A DNA stretch of 64,000 nt, taken from IMG/VR virus record IMGVR_UViG_2687453785_000009; one strand, written 5' to 3'. Under the pieces are notes generated by a model. It was not told the origin of the DNA, searched no databases, and worked only from the letters and a program-made list of their open reading frames with translations. This DNA comes from a virus (Duplodnaviria; Caudoviricetes). The translations under genes were made by a program, and so were the position numbers. Shown in pieces: positions 9,313-18,133 of this stretch (its first letter is position 1; each line of letters begins with the position of its first letter).

Positions 9313-10149
9313 TCAGTGGATTGTCGCGGGCATTCCCTGCTTTATCAGGCTTACAAGGTTGTTTTTGGGAACCTCATAATTAACCACTCTCACAGCTTCA
9401 AAGCTGCAAAGCTCAGCAGTAACCTCTGTATAGGCCTTAAGCAGCTTTGGCTTGCCGCCTGATGGTGGTGCCGCAATAAATAGAGTGTCTGTCGCCAACT
9501 TACCAGCCTTGTTCAGCCGCTTTATACGAGCTAGCCAAGCGTCACCATGCTCGTAAATTTTAGCTGGCTCGTCATGCCCTAAGTGAAGCGGCTTGATGGC
9601 CTGCACTGGTGTCTCGCCTTGAATGAGCACGAATGGAAACTTTACCGGGTAATCTGCCGTTCCCAGCTTGCGCTCGCTATAACGCTGGCGCAGGTTCGAG
9701 TCAGCTAGAAGCCTTCCAAGCTGCTTCTCAAGCACCGCCTCTTGATATTCCTTACTTGCAAAGCTGTGCTTCACATAGTGGTCAAACAGCGTTTTTAAGG
9801 CTTGGTCGGCGTTGTCTGTTGCCATGGTGCCTGGATCGCTGAAGCGCATCATGGTTTCACGAGGGTGAATCAAGTGCTTGAACGTAGCGAGCAGTGCGGC
9901 GGTATCGTTGCGCTGCTGGGCTAGGAAGCCGCTCAGTCGCGTGAACTCGGCGTTCATTTCACGACGAGCGCGCAGAAATATCTTGTAGTCCAGGCTCGGG
10001 AAAAAATTGGTAACACGCTGCCGAGTTGGCTCGATTCTGAAACGGAAATCACCATTGTTGGACAAAAGAACGATGCCAATATTCACGAACTCGCCAGTCT
10101 CTGGGTAAGGCAAAAATCTGAGGATAGAGTAGTTGCATATATATTTCAT
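9313..10149 (-). CDS. DUF3037-like domain protein
   Basis: YSILRFLPYPETGEFVNIGIVL N-terminal signature; ATGA overlap with the kinase gene. Confidence 0.82.
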   Translation of the reverse strand: MKYICNYSILRFLPYPETGEFVNIGIVLLSNNGDFRFRIEPTRQRVTNFFPSLDYKIFLRARREMNAEFTRLSGFLAQQRNDTAALLATFKHLIHPRETMMRFSDPGTMATDNADQALKTLFDHYVKHSFASKEYQEAVLEKQLGRLLADSNLRQRYSERKLGTADYPVKFPFVLIQGETPVQAIKPLHLGHDEPAKIYEHGDAWLARIKRLNKAGKLATDTLFIAAPPSGGKPKLLKAYTEVTAELCSFEAVRVVNYEVPKNNLVSLIKQGMPATIH

Positions 10150-10889
10150 AAGGCTCCCCAGAACGGCTCTTCCCTGAATATTTCAAGCATCTCCAGCCGG
10201 CTGGCTAGAGTTGGTTGCGTTTCGTCGATATGGTCCAGGTCCCTGTAGACCCACTCAGCAGGTAAAAGGGCGGTGATCGTACCCCACTTCGACAGTGCCT
10301 CGCTAAGCATTTGAGCGTAATCCTGACGTATGACGTAGTCTCTAAAATCAGCCCCTCTTTCGCGGAAGACATGGTTTTGAGTGAAAGCATTGCAGTCAAA
10401 AGTCCTGTCGAATGCGAGGTTGTGATCGATGACGCCGAGGTCCCCAGCGGCATCGAGAATTAGATTTACATTACCTCCTTTAGGCCCCAGGCATCTGTCT
10501 TCGTTCCGTATCCACCAGTCAAACAGCAAGACTAGCCGTCTCATTTCTACTGGAACGGAATTTATATGGCTTACGTTGAAGTCCGAGGCGTTTTCTACTG
10601 CCTGCGAAGCAAAGGCAAGGCCTCCGCTTAGGTCTGTCACGTTTGGTATGACGCTGAACTCGATAAGATCAGTCGGTATGTTGATTAGGCGCCATGGAGG
10701 GATTGGCAGCCCAAGATGCCTGCCTAGCTCGGCGCCAATCACTTCTGAAATTAATGCTGGTCCGCCAGCCTTTGCTAATCCTTTGACGAAGTACGATCGG
10801 TCATCCTCTGCACGCAGAATGAAGGGCTTTATTGAGTAGCCTTGCTGGCTTTGCCTTATGATTTCCGTGGCGGTGATGCTTTCAAGCAT
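10146..10889 (-). CDS. HipA-like (PI3/4-kinase fold) protein kinase
   Basis: YFVK, ISEVIG..LGLPIP, FDWWIRNEDR, NLIL, IDHNLAF motifs. Confidence 0.87.
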   Translation of the reverse strand: MLESITATEIIRQSQQGYSIKPFILRAEDDRSYFVKGLAKAGGPALISEVIGAELGRHLGLPIPPWRLINIPTDLIEFSVIPNVTDLSGGLAFASQAVENASDFNVSHINSVPVEMRRLVLLFDWWIRNEDRCLGPKGGNVNLILDAAGDLGVIDHNLAFDRTFDCNAFTQNHVFRERGADFRDYVIRQDYAQMLSEALSKWGTITALLPAEWVYRDLDHIDETQPTLASRLEMLEIFREEPFWGAL

Positions 10890-10925
10890 TACTGACGCTC
10901 CTTAGCGACCGTGAAGGGCAGGCCA

Positions 10926-11588
10926 TTAGTTGCACACGTTCTCGCACGGCTTGCCATCCCCGTCCCGATCCAGTCCAGCCATTCCGCACTGAGTGAGGTG
11001 GTACTTCGCCTCAGCGCAGCTGGTCATCTGCTTGCAGTACCGCTTGGCGCCGCACTGGTAGGCGCTGGAGCTGGCCGTTACCGACTTGCTGCTGGCCACC
11101 TGCTGATTGAGCTGCTTGCCAGCCTTGCGCCACTCCCAGGGCGGCACGATGTCCGCTTGCGGAAGTGCCCATAGCCCGCGGCGCGATGCCTGAGCCTCAG
11201 CCTCTACCGCCAGCAGCGACTTGTCCTTGCTGTACTGCCGGTAGACCCAGGCGGCGCCAAGGCGAACCATTTCCCGATTGGCGTCCTGGCCACCGGCACT
11301 GACGCGCGCCACGATCCGGCCATAACGATCCTTCGCTTGTGTGGCGAGCGTAACTTGCTTGCCGAACACCAGGGCGGAGAGTGCGGCCTTGGATTTCTGG
11401 CCGTATGGCTGGGCTTTCTCGGGGGTGTCGATCTCGGCCAGGCGCACCTTGATCTGGGTGCGCTCTGCGGTAAGGCAGGTAAGGGTGTCACCATCGCTGA
11501 TGGCGACCACTTTGCAGGTTACGGGAGCGGCGATGGCAGAGCAGCATGCGAGTAGAAGCAGGGCGGGCAGTAGGATCAAGCGGCTCAT
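10926..11588 (-). CDS. Exported thermonuclease (SNase) with Excalibur Ca-binding domain
   Basis: Signal peptide; DGDT, RLAEIDTPE, DRYGR; C-terminal CKQMTSCAEA...LDRDGDGKPCE. Confidence 0.92.
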   Translation of the reverse strand: MSRLILLPALLLLACCSAIAAPVTCKVVAISDGDTLTCLTAERTQIKVRLAEIDTPEKAQPYGQKSKAALSALVFGKQVTLATQAKDRYGRIVARVSAGGQDANREMVRLGAAWVYRQYSKDKSLLAVEAEAQASRRGLWALPQADIVPPWEWRKAGKQLNQQVASSKSVTASSSAYQCGAKRYCKQMTSCAEAKYHLTQCGMAGLDRDGDGKPCENVCN

Positions 11589-11618
11589 CGGTAACGCGTC
11601 CTTGCGTGGTGTGTCGCT

Positions 11619-12158
11619 CTAGTTCGGCTCAGCCTGTATCGCCCGCAGCTTCTGCATGTACTCTGCGTATGGCAGGTTCTGCTGCACAAGCTCTGCCTCG
11701 CGCTCCGCTTTGCTTTTTCCCGCCGGCTTGGTGGCTGTGGTTGCTGATGGGGCCGAAGCAGCTGCCGTTGGCGACTGAGCCCCTAGGCGATAAACCTTCT
11801 GCTCATAGGTTGGCGGAGCATTCGGCGTCCTGTAAGCGGTGGCATCAATCCTGTAGGCGTTGTCATAGCAGCCATATTCAAGATTTGGCGTATCACGGCC
11901 CATGATCTGTACGTAGTCAGACCCAATCTTCAGAGCCTCATTGCGAAGCCGTATGACGGCGTTTGCGTACGATCCCTTGTAGCCAAAGCCGCCACAGCCC
12001 TCACCGTCTAGGGCGGAAATCTCTTGGAGATAGACAGATCCTTGAGGTGGGTCGTTTTTGGCAACCTGAACTCTGTCGGCGCCTTCCTGAAGCCTGGGAG
12101 GGGTGGCGCAGCCAGAAGCGAGAAGAATTGCTGCGGCTAGCAGTATGAAGCGTTCCAT
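11619..12158 (-). CDS. Lipoprotein (DUF4156-like)
   Basis: Lipobox LASGC; LRNEA..IGSDYVQI. Confidence 0.7.
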   Translation of the reverse strand: MERFILLAAAILLASGCATPPRLQEGADRVQVAKNDPPQGSVYLQEISALDGEGCGGFGYKGSYANAVIRLRNEALKIGSDYVQIMGRDTPNLEYGCYDNAYRIDATAYRTPNAPPTYEQKVYRLGAQSPTAAASAPSATTATKPAGKSKAEREAELVQQNLPYAEYMQKLRAIQAEPN

Positions 12159-12183
12159 GCGTCCACCTTTTGATTGCCGCCTG

Positions 12184-13017
12184 CTAGAAAATCGAGGCGG
12201 GGAGTTTTGCGTCTACCACCATACCAATAATGGAGACATTTTCAGTTATTGGTATCACGGCAAATACCTGATTAAGCGGGTGCAGGTAGCCTGACCCGCT
12301 GTCGCGAAGGTATTGCTTAAAGGTAGTTTCCCCGGTGTCCAGCAACTTGGCGACATAGTACTTCCCGCTGACCAAATCAAAGTTTTCCGGCTTGACCAGT
12401 ATCCGCATTCCGGGCGCAAAGGTCGGCAGCATTGACGGCCCCCTTACCTCTAGCCAGTAGCCATGTGGCCCGGCATTCACGTCCGACCGTAACCACTCAT
12501 CAGCATCGCCTGGATTAAAGTTGTCGCATGACTCTTCCCAGCATCCTGCCGCCACCCAGCTTATCAATGGGTACTCCTTGTCCTTTCGATATGGCTGCAC
12601 CGCTTGCGTTACGTTTTGTCGGGCGTCGCGCAGGTCTGGCGGAATAGCACTACTGGCGGAAGACGATGATTTGCTCGTCAAAAAGGCGGACGAGCGGCTT
12701 AGATTGATGGGGCGGAGCTCTTCGAATTGCGGGTGAGGGGGCCGCATAGATTGCTTTACGGAAGGCTGAGCACTTAAGGGCTGGAGATCTTCCGGTAGCG
12801 GCTCTCTCCCACGAAGCTGGTCGGTGGAAATGCCGAAGAAGTCCGCAAGCGGCTTCACCTGAGTATCGGACGGCGACTTAATCCCCTTGGGCCCATTCGG
12901 CTTCAATATGCGAGAAATGGTCGACTGAGTGACGCGAGTAGCCGCGCTCAGGCTTACCTGATTGGCGCCCTTCAGCTTCATCAAGTGCTTAAGAACTTTG
13001 TCTATGGAATTGTGCAT
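12184..13017 (-). CDS. cI: CI-like repressor (HTH plus S24 autopeptidase)
   Basis: HTH QVSLSAATRVTQSTISRIL; VAAG cleavage site, GPSM and TFKQ catalytic motifs; start may extend to 13053. Confidence 0.92.
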   Translation of the reverse strand: MHNSIDKVLKHLMKLKGANQVSLSAATRVTQSTISRILKPNGPKGIKSPSDTQVKPLADFFGISTDQLRGREPLPEDLQPLSAQPSVKQSMRPPHPQFEELRPINLSRSSAFLTSKSSSSASSAIPPDLRDARQNVTQAVQPYRKDKEYPLISWVAAGCWEESCDNFNPGDADEWLRSDVNAGPHGYWLEVRGPSMLPTFAPGMRILVKPENFDLVSGKYYVAKLLDTGETTFKQYLRDSGSGYLHPLNQVFAVIPITENVSIIGMVVDAKLPASIF

Positions 13018-13039
13018 ATGCGCAATGCTCGCGGCTGCT

Positions 13040-13100
13040 GGTGCATATATCAAGAGTGGGCTTGTTGACAGATATGCACCAGTGCATGATCATGTGCATA
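13040..13100 (+). promoter_or_regulatory. PR/OR region: TTGACA at 13065-13070, operator ATGCACCAGTGCAT at 13074-13087, flanking GTGCAT half-sites
   Basis: Between divergent cI and cro; same palindrome as OL. Confidence 0.8.
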
Positions 13101-13122
13101 AATCAACGGAGCGATCAAAGAC

Positions 13123-13317
13123 ATGAGCGAAGAAAAATTGCCCGAAAAGGTCGAGAAGCTGCTTAGCAGCGGCCTTACCTACAAGGTCATTGCGGGTCGC
13201 GCCAACTGCGATACCTCGACGATTTTCCGCATCAAAAATGGCGATATTGCTAATCCGAGTTACGCGGTTGGAACAGCCATAGACCAGATGTTTTCAGAGA
13301 TCGCTGTTGCTGTTTGA
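13123..13317 (+). CDS. cro: Cro-like HTH protein
   Basis: 64 aa with HTH TYKVIAGRANCDTSTIFRI; divergent from cI. Confidence 0.8.
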   Translation: MSEEKLPEKVEKLLSSGLTYKVIAGRANCDTSTIFRIKNGDIANPSYAVGTAIDQMFSEIAVAV

Positions 13318-13622
13318 GGACATTACAGATGACCAAGGAAGAAAGAGCACGCAAGAACGCGTCGACGATCTTGAAGAGCATGCACAGCTTCGGCCAGTCG
13401 CATCTGGCCAAGGAGCTGGATGTCAGCGAATCAACGGTGAGCAAGTGGAAGCCGAATGGCGATATCGACAAGACGGCAAAGATGCTGGCGGTGCTGGGGC
13501 TGAAGGTTGTCCCGGTGACGGCGCAGTGCTTTGACCCTGAGTACGTCGAGCACTTGCGGGCCCTGGCGCAAATCGGCCTGACGATACCTGCGCAGGAGCA
13601 GGCGCTGGACTGGGAAGAGTAG
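13314..13622 (+). CDS. cII: CII-family activator
   Basis: GQSHLAKELDVSESTVSKWK...MLAVLGLKVVP. Confidence 0.85.
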   Translation: MRTLQMTKEERARKNASTILKSMHSFGQSHLAKELDVSESTVSKWKPNGDIDKTAKMLAVLGLKVVPVTAQCFDPEYVEHLRALAQIGLTIPAQEQALDWEE

Positions 13623-13639
13623 GGCCTGAATTTCAGGCA

Positions 13640-13665
13640 CAAAAAAGGCGCCGGACAGGGCGCCT
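13640..13665 (-). terminator. Minus-strand terminator downstream of cII (possible antisense, oop-like RNA end)
   Basis: AGGCGCCCTGTCCGGCGCCTTTTTT on minus strand. Confidence 0.5.
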
Positions 13666-13694
13666 AGTTCGTTACAGCAGTTCAGGGGGAAATT

Positions 13695-13952
13695 ATGCCG
13701 AACACCAACGAAAACCACAATGTCGGCCAAAGCCAGTGCGCGCAGATTCGCCGGCACCTTGAGGCGGGTAATTCACTGACAGGCCTGCAGGCGCTCAGCC
13801 AGTTCTCCTGCTTTCGTTTGGCCGCACGCATTGATGACCTGAGAAACGCCGGCATGCTGATCAAGTCGCAGCCTATCTCAGTGATCAACGCCGATGGCAA
13901 GACTGTGCGGGTCGCTCAGTACAGTCTGATGAAGGCAGGGGTGGTTGCGTGA
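13695..13952 (+). CDS. Winged-HTH phage protein
   Basis: HLEAGNSLT..QAL..FSCFRLAARIDDLR..G. Confidence 0.8.
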   Translation: MPNTNENHNVGQSQCAQIRRHLEAGNSLTGLQALSQFSCFRLAARIDDLRNAGMLIKSQPISVINADGKTVRVAQYSLMKAGVVA

Positions 13953-14716
13953 GTGTTCAGGCAATGACTTGGGCACTTGAGCAGCGTCTGGTAATGGCGC
14001 CTACGGCGCGCCATGTCCTCCTGTGCCTTGCAAACTATGCCGACAAGGCTGGTAGAGGTGCATTCCCGTCGGCGAACAGCCTGAGCGAAGACACTGGCCT
14101 TGCTGTCCGCACAATACGCACCGCGCTTGAATCTCTGCGCGAGGCGGGCGCTATCAGCCTTGGAAATCAGGCTATCGCCGCCGCTTACATTGACCGGCAC
14201 GATCGCCGTCCGGTGGTGTATGACCTGCTAATGCAACGGGGTGCAGATGCCGCACCCGGTACCGAACGGGGTGCAGCTAACGACAGAGCGGGGTGCAGCT
14301 CACAGCAGGACGGGGTGCAGCTGACGACAGAGCGGGGTGCAGCAGCTGCACCCAATCCACCAATTAACCATCAATTACCCGTCAATGAACAAAAGAGCGG
14401 TAGCGCGAAGGGTTCGCGCCTCGCCGCTGACTGGACCATTCCATCCGAGTGGATTGAGCAAAGCGCGGCAAATCACCCTGAGTTTGATCAGCAGGCTTTG
14501 CTCGCCATCGCAGAAGACTTCCGCGACTACTGGACGGCCAAGACCGGCGCCCAGGCCACCAAGCTCGATTGGCATGCCACCTGGCGCCGCTGGATACGCA
14601 ACCAGAAACCTGTTCACCGCCAACGGCCAGTGAGTGCTCGCCCAGTTTCTCATTCGCCAAGCGCAGCCCCCGAAGGCCTGGTGCGCAAGGAGGACGGCAG
14701 CTATGGCTTTGCTTGA
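13949..14716 (+). CDS. Replication initiator (O-like, N-terminal HTH)
   Basis: MSVQAMTWAL, LLCLANYAD, FPS motifs; internal iterons; C-terminal FRDYW...DWHATWRRW. Confidence 0.85.
   Translation: MSVQAMTWALEQRLVMAPTARHVLLCLANYADKAGRGAFPSANSLSEDTGLAVRTIRTALESLREAGAISLGNQAIAAAYIDRHDRRPVVYDLLMQRGADAAPGTERGAANDRAGCSSQQDGVQLTTERGAAAAPNPPINHQLPVNEQKSGSAKGSRLAADWTIPSEWIEQSAANHPEFDQQALLAIAEDFRDYWTAKTGAQATKLDWHATWRRWIRNQKPVHRQRPVSARPVSHSPSAAPEGLVRKEDGSYGFA
14237..14353 (+). repeat. Origin iterons: 5x CGGGGTGCAG (14237, 14267, 14289, 14311, 14333) plus inverted half-copies
   Basis: 22-bp periodic direct repeats inside the initiator gene, followed by an A-rich tract. Confidence 0.85.
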
Positions 14717-15506
14717 TCTGACCATCAGCGAGATTGAGCAGAAATTCTGCGGCGTGCTGGGGAAGCAGGAGGCCAATTGCGAGCAGCATGGGCCGTTTGT
14801 GTCGATCACAACGCGAAACAGTGAGCGCAGCAGTGGCTGCCCAGTCTGTGCTGACGAAGCGCAGCGCGAGCGTGACAATGCCGAGGCGCTGGACCGGGCG
14901 GCCAAGGCAAAAAGCAAACTCCTTGAGCAGCGCCTTGGTGCTTCGCTGATTCCTGCACGCTTCGCTGGAAAATCGTTTACCGAGTACCGCTGTGCGACCC
15001 AGCAGCAGGAAGCGAACCTGGCCACCTGCCGCGGTTATGCGCAGCACTTCGCCAGCCATTCCGCCGCCGGCCGGTGCCTGGCCCTGCTTGGCAATCCCGG
15101 TACCGGGAAGACGCACCTGGCGGCAGCCATCGCTCGCCACCTTATCAACCGCCTTGGCGTGACAGCCGTGTACCGCACCGTCGGTAGCCTGTTGCAGTAC
15201 GTCAAGGGCAGCTACGACCGAGGTTCCGACTACAGCGAAGCGCAGGCATTCGCCAGCCTGGTGGAGCCCGCGCTGCTGATCATCGATGAGGTTGGAGCAA
15301 CCAAGCCGACAGAGTTTGAGCAGGCAACCCTGTTCGCAGTTATCAATGGCCGCTACGAGGCGCTGCGCCCGACCGTAGTCATAAGCAACCTGTTCCCGGT
15401 TGATCTGCGCGAGGTGCTTGGCGAGCGCAGCTTTGACCGGCTGAGCGAGGCTGGCGGGATTGTTCTGGTGTTCGACTGGGCGTCTGTCCGGAAGGATCTC
15501 GCATGA
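14703..15506 (+). CDS. DnaC/IstB-like helicase loader ATPase
   Basis: CEQHG...CPVC Zn site; GNPGTGKT; LLIIDEVG; ISN. Confidence 0.92.
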   Translation: MALLDLTISEIEQKFCGVLGKQEANCEQHGPFVSITTRNSERSSGCPVCADEAQRERDNAEALDRAAKAKSKLLEQRLGASLIPARFAGKSFTEYRCATQQQEANLATCRGYAQHFASHSAAGRCLALLGNPGTGKTHLAAAIARHLINRLGVTAVYRTVGSLLQYVKGSYDRGSDYSEAQAFASLVEPALLIIDEVGATKPTEFEQATLFAVINGRYEALRPTVVISNLFPVDLREVLGERSFDRLSEAGGIVLVFDWASVRKDLA

Positions 15507-15628
15507 CTAAGGCCTGCTGGATGATCACCACCGGGCGCTACACCTTCCCGATGCTGGGCGCCGTACTGGACTACAAAGAGGCGCTGGCTGCTGCCCGCGT
15601 GATCTGGCCAGGCGCGGAGGTGCGCTGA
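15503..15628 (+). CDS. Small hypothetical protein (41 aa, MTKACWMITTG...)
   Basis: Hand translation; coupled to neighbours at both ends. Confidence 0.6.
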   Translation: MTKACWMITTGRYTFPMLGAVLDYKEALAAARVIWPGAEVR

Positions 15629-16098
15629 TGGCTGAAAAAATCAGCGTCAACTGCCCAGCAAAGCTGTCAGAGGCCATCACCCGGCTGACAGCAGCCTACC
15701 GCGAGCACAAGTTCGTCGTTGTCAGCTTTCGCCCAGGTAGGGACCGCACGCTTGATCAAAACGCACTGTGGTTCGCCTTGTACCAGCGTATCGCACAGAT
15801 GACAGAGATCGGCGACGTGGAAGACGCGCGCCGCTACTGCAAGTTGCACTTCGGCGTTCCGATCATGCGCAAGGTGAACGAAGACTTCCGCAATGCCTGG
15901 AATGTGTCGTTCCTGCTGCTGACCTACGAAACCAAGCTGGAGCTGATGGGGCCGTGTGCTCTGTTCGGTCCGGACGGTTTTCCGGTTACGCGTCTTTTCG
16001 ACCGCGCCCAGGGCATCCAGTACACGGACCGCATCGTTGCTGAGTTCTCGGGTAAAGGCGTGGTTTTCGATGATCTGTTGGGGGCCGAGGTCGCATGA
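15628..16098 (+). CDS. NinB-like protein
   Basis: RTLDQNALW motif; position in nin region. Confidence 0.6.
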   Translation: MAEKISVNCPAKLSEAITRLTAAYREHKFVVVSFRPGRDRTLDQNALWFALYQRIAQMTEIGDVEDARRYCKLHFGVPIMRKVNEDFRNAWNVSFLLLTYETKLELMGPCALFGPDGFPVTRLFDRAQGIQYTDRIVAEFSGKGVVFDDLLGAEVA

Positions 16099-16397
16099 GG
16101 ATCGAAAGCAACAAGTTGCGGCAGTCGGCCCGCGGCCGAGATTGCACTTTGCGCCTGCCGGGCATCTGCCGGCGCGACTCTGAAACCGTTGTTCTGTGCC
16201 ATCTGCCGGTGGGTATGAAGGGCATGGGCATGAAGTCACCGGATCTGTTCGCCGTGTTCGGCTGCGACTCCTGCCACGCGGTAATCGACGGCCGCGCCCG
16301 TGGTGAGTTTGACCAGGGCGATCTGCTGCGCGCCCTGGCCGAAACGCAGATGCACTGGGTTGAAACCGGCCTGCTGGTCGTGAAGGGGGCCGCTTGA
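16095..16397 (+). CDS. DUF1364-like Zn-binding nuclease-fold protein
   Basis: SARGRDCTLR..GIC..ETVVLCH, GCDSCH..ID. Confidence 0.85.
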   Translation: MRIESNKLRQSARGRDCTLRLPGICRRDSETVVLCHLPVGMKGMGMKSPDLFAVFGCDSCHAVIDGRARGEFDQGDLLRALAETQMHWVETGLLVVKGAA

Positions 16398-16699
16398 GCC
16401 CGAGAGAGCTTGCCGTTTCAACCTGGGGCCAGCTCGCCGGCCTTGGGATTTTACCGCCACTGATGAGGATGACCGATGAAGCGCCTACTGCCGTTGTTGT
16501 TGCTGCCCCTGCTGCTGAACCCGGCCGTGCCGGTTATCTGGTACGCCTCCGGGGCGGTGCGGGCGCTCAAGTGACAGCCCCCGAGCCAGATCCGAACGAG
16601 CCTGCCAGCCAGATTGATGAGCTGGCGGCAGATCTGAACTTGCGCAACGTCGAGGACGAGTACCTGAGCGCACCTGGCAGTGTTGGCCACCGCCAATGA
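16394..16699 (+). CDS. Hypothetical protein
   Basis: Fills the gap, overlapping neighbours at both ends. Confidence 0.45.
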   Translation: MSPRELAVSTWGQLAGLGILPPLMRMTDEAPTAVVVAAPAAEPGRAGYLVRLRGGAGAQVTAPEPDPNEPASQIDELAADLNLRNVEDEYLSAPGSVGHRQ

Positions 16700-17130
16700 A
16701 GTCAGGGCTGAGTCAATTTCTTCCAGTGATCAGCAAGTCCGCGCGCAAGCCTGCAAAGCCTTCGCGCCTGGCTGGTGTACCGCTGGAAGAGGATGACCAG
16801 ATTGCGCTGATTGCGTGGTTTGACGAGTGGGCGCCGGCCGAGCTGCAGGGGCGCCTGGCGGCATCGGCCGGCGGGGCGCGCATGGCCAGGAAAACGGCTT
16901 GTCGGCAGAAGGCCGCGGGCAACCGTAAGGGTTTTCCTGACCTGAATCTGTTGGTTCCGCGAGGCCAGTTTCACGGGTTGATCATTGAGCTGAAGCGCCT
17001 CAAGGGCGGAAGGCTGGAGCCCGAGCAAGCTGGCTGGCTCGATTTCCTGAATGGGCAGGGATACATGGCAGTGGTGTGCTGCGGCCTAGAGGCAGCCAAG
17101 AAAACGATCGTCAGCTACTTGGGCGAGTAG
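16696..17130 (+). CDS. VRR-NUC domain nuclease
   Basis: GFPDL, IELK, Q..WL..L...GY. Confidence 0.88.
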   Translation: MKSGLSQFLPVISKSARKPAKPSRLAGVPLEEDDQIALIAWFDEWAPAELQGRLAASAGGARMARKTACRQKAAGNRKGFPDLNLLVPRGQFHGLIIELKRLKGGRLEPEQAGWLDFLNGQGYMAVVCCGLEAAKKTIVSYLGE

Positions 17131-17162
17131 CTGGCGAAAACATAGCGACAGCGGGGGTTGCG

Positions 17163-17366
17163 ATGCGTAGCGAAATGACTTGTGCGGCAAAAATGGAAGT
17201 CGAGCTGGAGATCGGCGGTGAAGTGGTGAAGCGAAGCGCGAAGGAGTGGGCGCTGATCATGTCCCTGAACTGGGACACGGTTCGTCAGCGCCGATACCGC
17301 GGGAGCAACTGGACTGAATCTCTTCAGCCCAAGGCTGCCCGGTCATCCTTCAATGACCGGCGCTGA
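17163..17366 (+). CDS. Small DNA-binding-like protein at the position usually held by Q
   Basis: KEWA..MSLNWDTVRQRRYRG HTH-like motif. Confidence 0.55.
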   Translation: MRSEMTCAAKMEVELEIGGEVVKRSAKEWALIMSLNWDTVRQRRYRGSNWTESLQPKAARSSFNDRR

Positions 17367-17657
17367 TCACTGCTCGTCGTAGCTGTCCGAAATTGCAACG
17401 TAGGCAGCATCCTCGCCGCTGCCTTCGATGACAGACCGCAGATTGGCCAGCAGATTCTCGATCTGGTTGATCGCGTCCGCGTCGGCACGGCCAGACAGCA
17501 CGGCGAAGTGGCCGCCCTGGTTGTCCAGGCTGATCGCCAGCACTGTATGGGCGCTATGTTCTTCCATCGCCTGACCGGCCAGGGCCAGGCCTTCGGTGAC
17601 GGCCATGAACTCGTCGTCATTCTCGTCTTCGATGTTGAAACCCGGTTCTTTGCTCAT
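17367..17657 (-). CDS. Small very acidic protein, counter-oriented
   Basis: 96 aa, about 20 D/E vs 3 K/R; AGGGG RBS. Confidence 0.7.
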   Translation of the reverse strand: MSKEPGFNIEDENDDEFMAVTEGLALAGQAMEEHSAHTVLAISLDNQGGHFAVLSGRADADAINQIENLLANLRSVIEGSGEDAAYVAISDSYDEQ

Positions 17658-17712
17658 TTGGTTGCCCCTGTTTATGTCTGAAAACAGGGACGCTCTGTCA
17701 CTGGGAAAACGG

Positions 17713-17740
17713 TTGCAAGGCCGTGCCAGTGACATAGCGT
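17713..17740 (+). promoter_or_regulatory. Late promoter motif copy 1 (TTGC-N11-AGTGACATAGCGT)
   Basis: Upstream of holin; motif recurs six times. Confidence 0.7.
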
Positions 17741-17863
17741 CATCGGCAAGGGGATAGCCCCGCCGAGTCGCCGCCTGGCGGCAGTGTGTGACCAGTTCAA
17801 GGAGTCGGCCTGTGACCCAAGCCGCACACGAAATATCGATTCGCCTCCCCGGGGGCTACCCCA

Positions 17864-18133
17864 ATGAGTAACACCATGGCTGATAAGGCGATGAATGCCG
17901 CCAGCTACGGTGGTGCTGCCGTATCTGTCACATCAGGCCTGACCCTGACCGAGTGGGGCGTGATAGCCGGTATCGTCACGGCGATCGTTACGCTGCTGGC
18001 CAACCTGTTCTACCAGTGGCGCAAAGACCGCCGCGAGCATGAGTTGTACCGGCTTGAGCTGGAAATGCGCCGGGCTGATGCCCGCTATGCAATGTCCAGC
18101 GCCTGCAGTGTCAGGGAGCCCATCGATGAATAA
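17864..18133 (+). CDS. Holin
   Basis: Small TM protein (LTLTEWGVIAGIVTAIVTLLANLFYQWRK) directly before the endolysin. Confidence 0.85.
   Translation: MSNTMADKAMNAASYGGAAVSVTSGLTLTEWGVIAGIVTAIVTLLANLFYQWRKDRREHELYRLELEMRRADARYAMSSACSVREPIDE

Noticed and set aside
14237-14353. CRISPR-like or VNTR array
   Set aside because: 10-bp repeats with 12-20 bp spacers inside the initiator gene; better explained as iterons; no cas genes
17713-17729. Sigma-54 promoter on the minus strand (TGGCACGGCCTTGC)
   Set aside because: GG-to-GC spacing is 9 nt rather than the required 10
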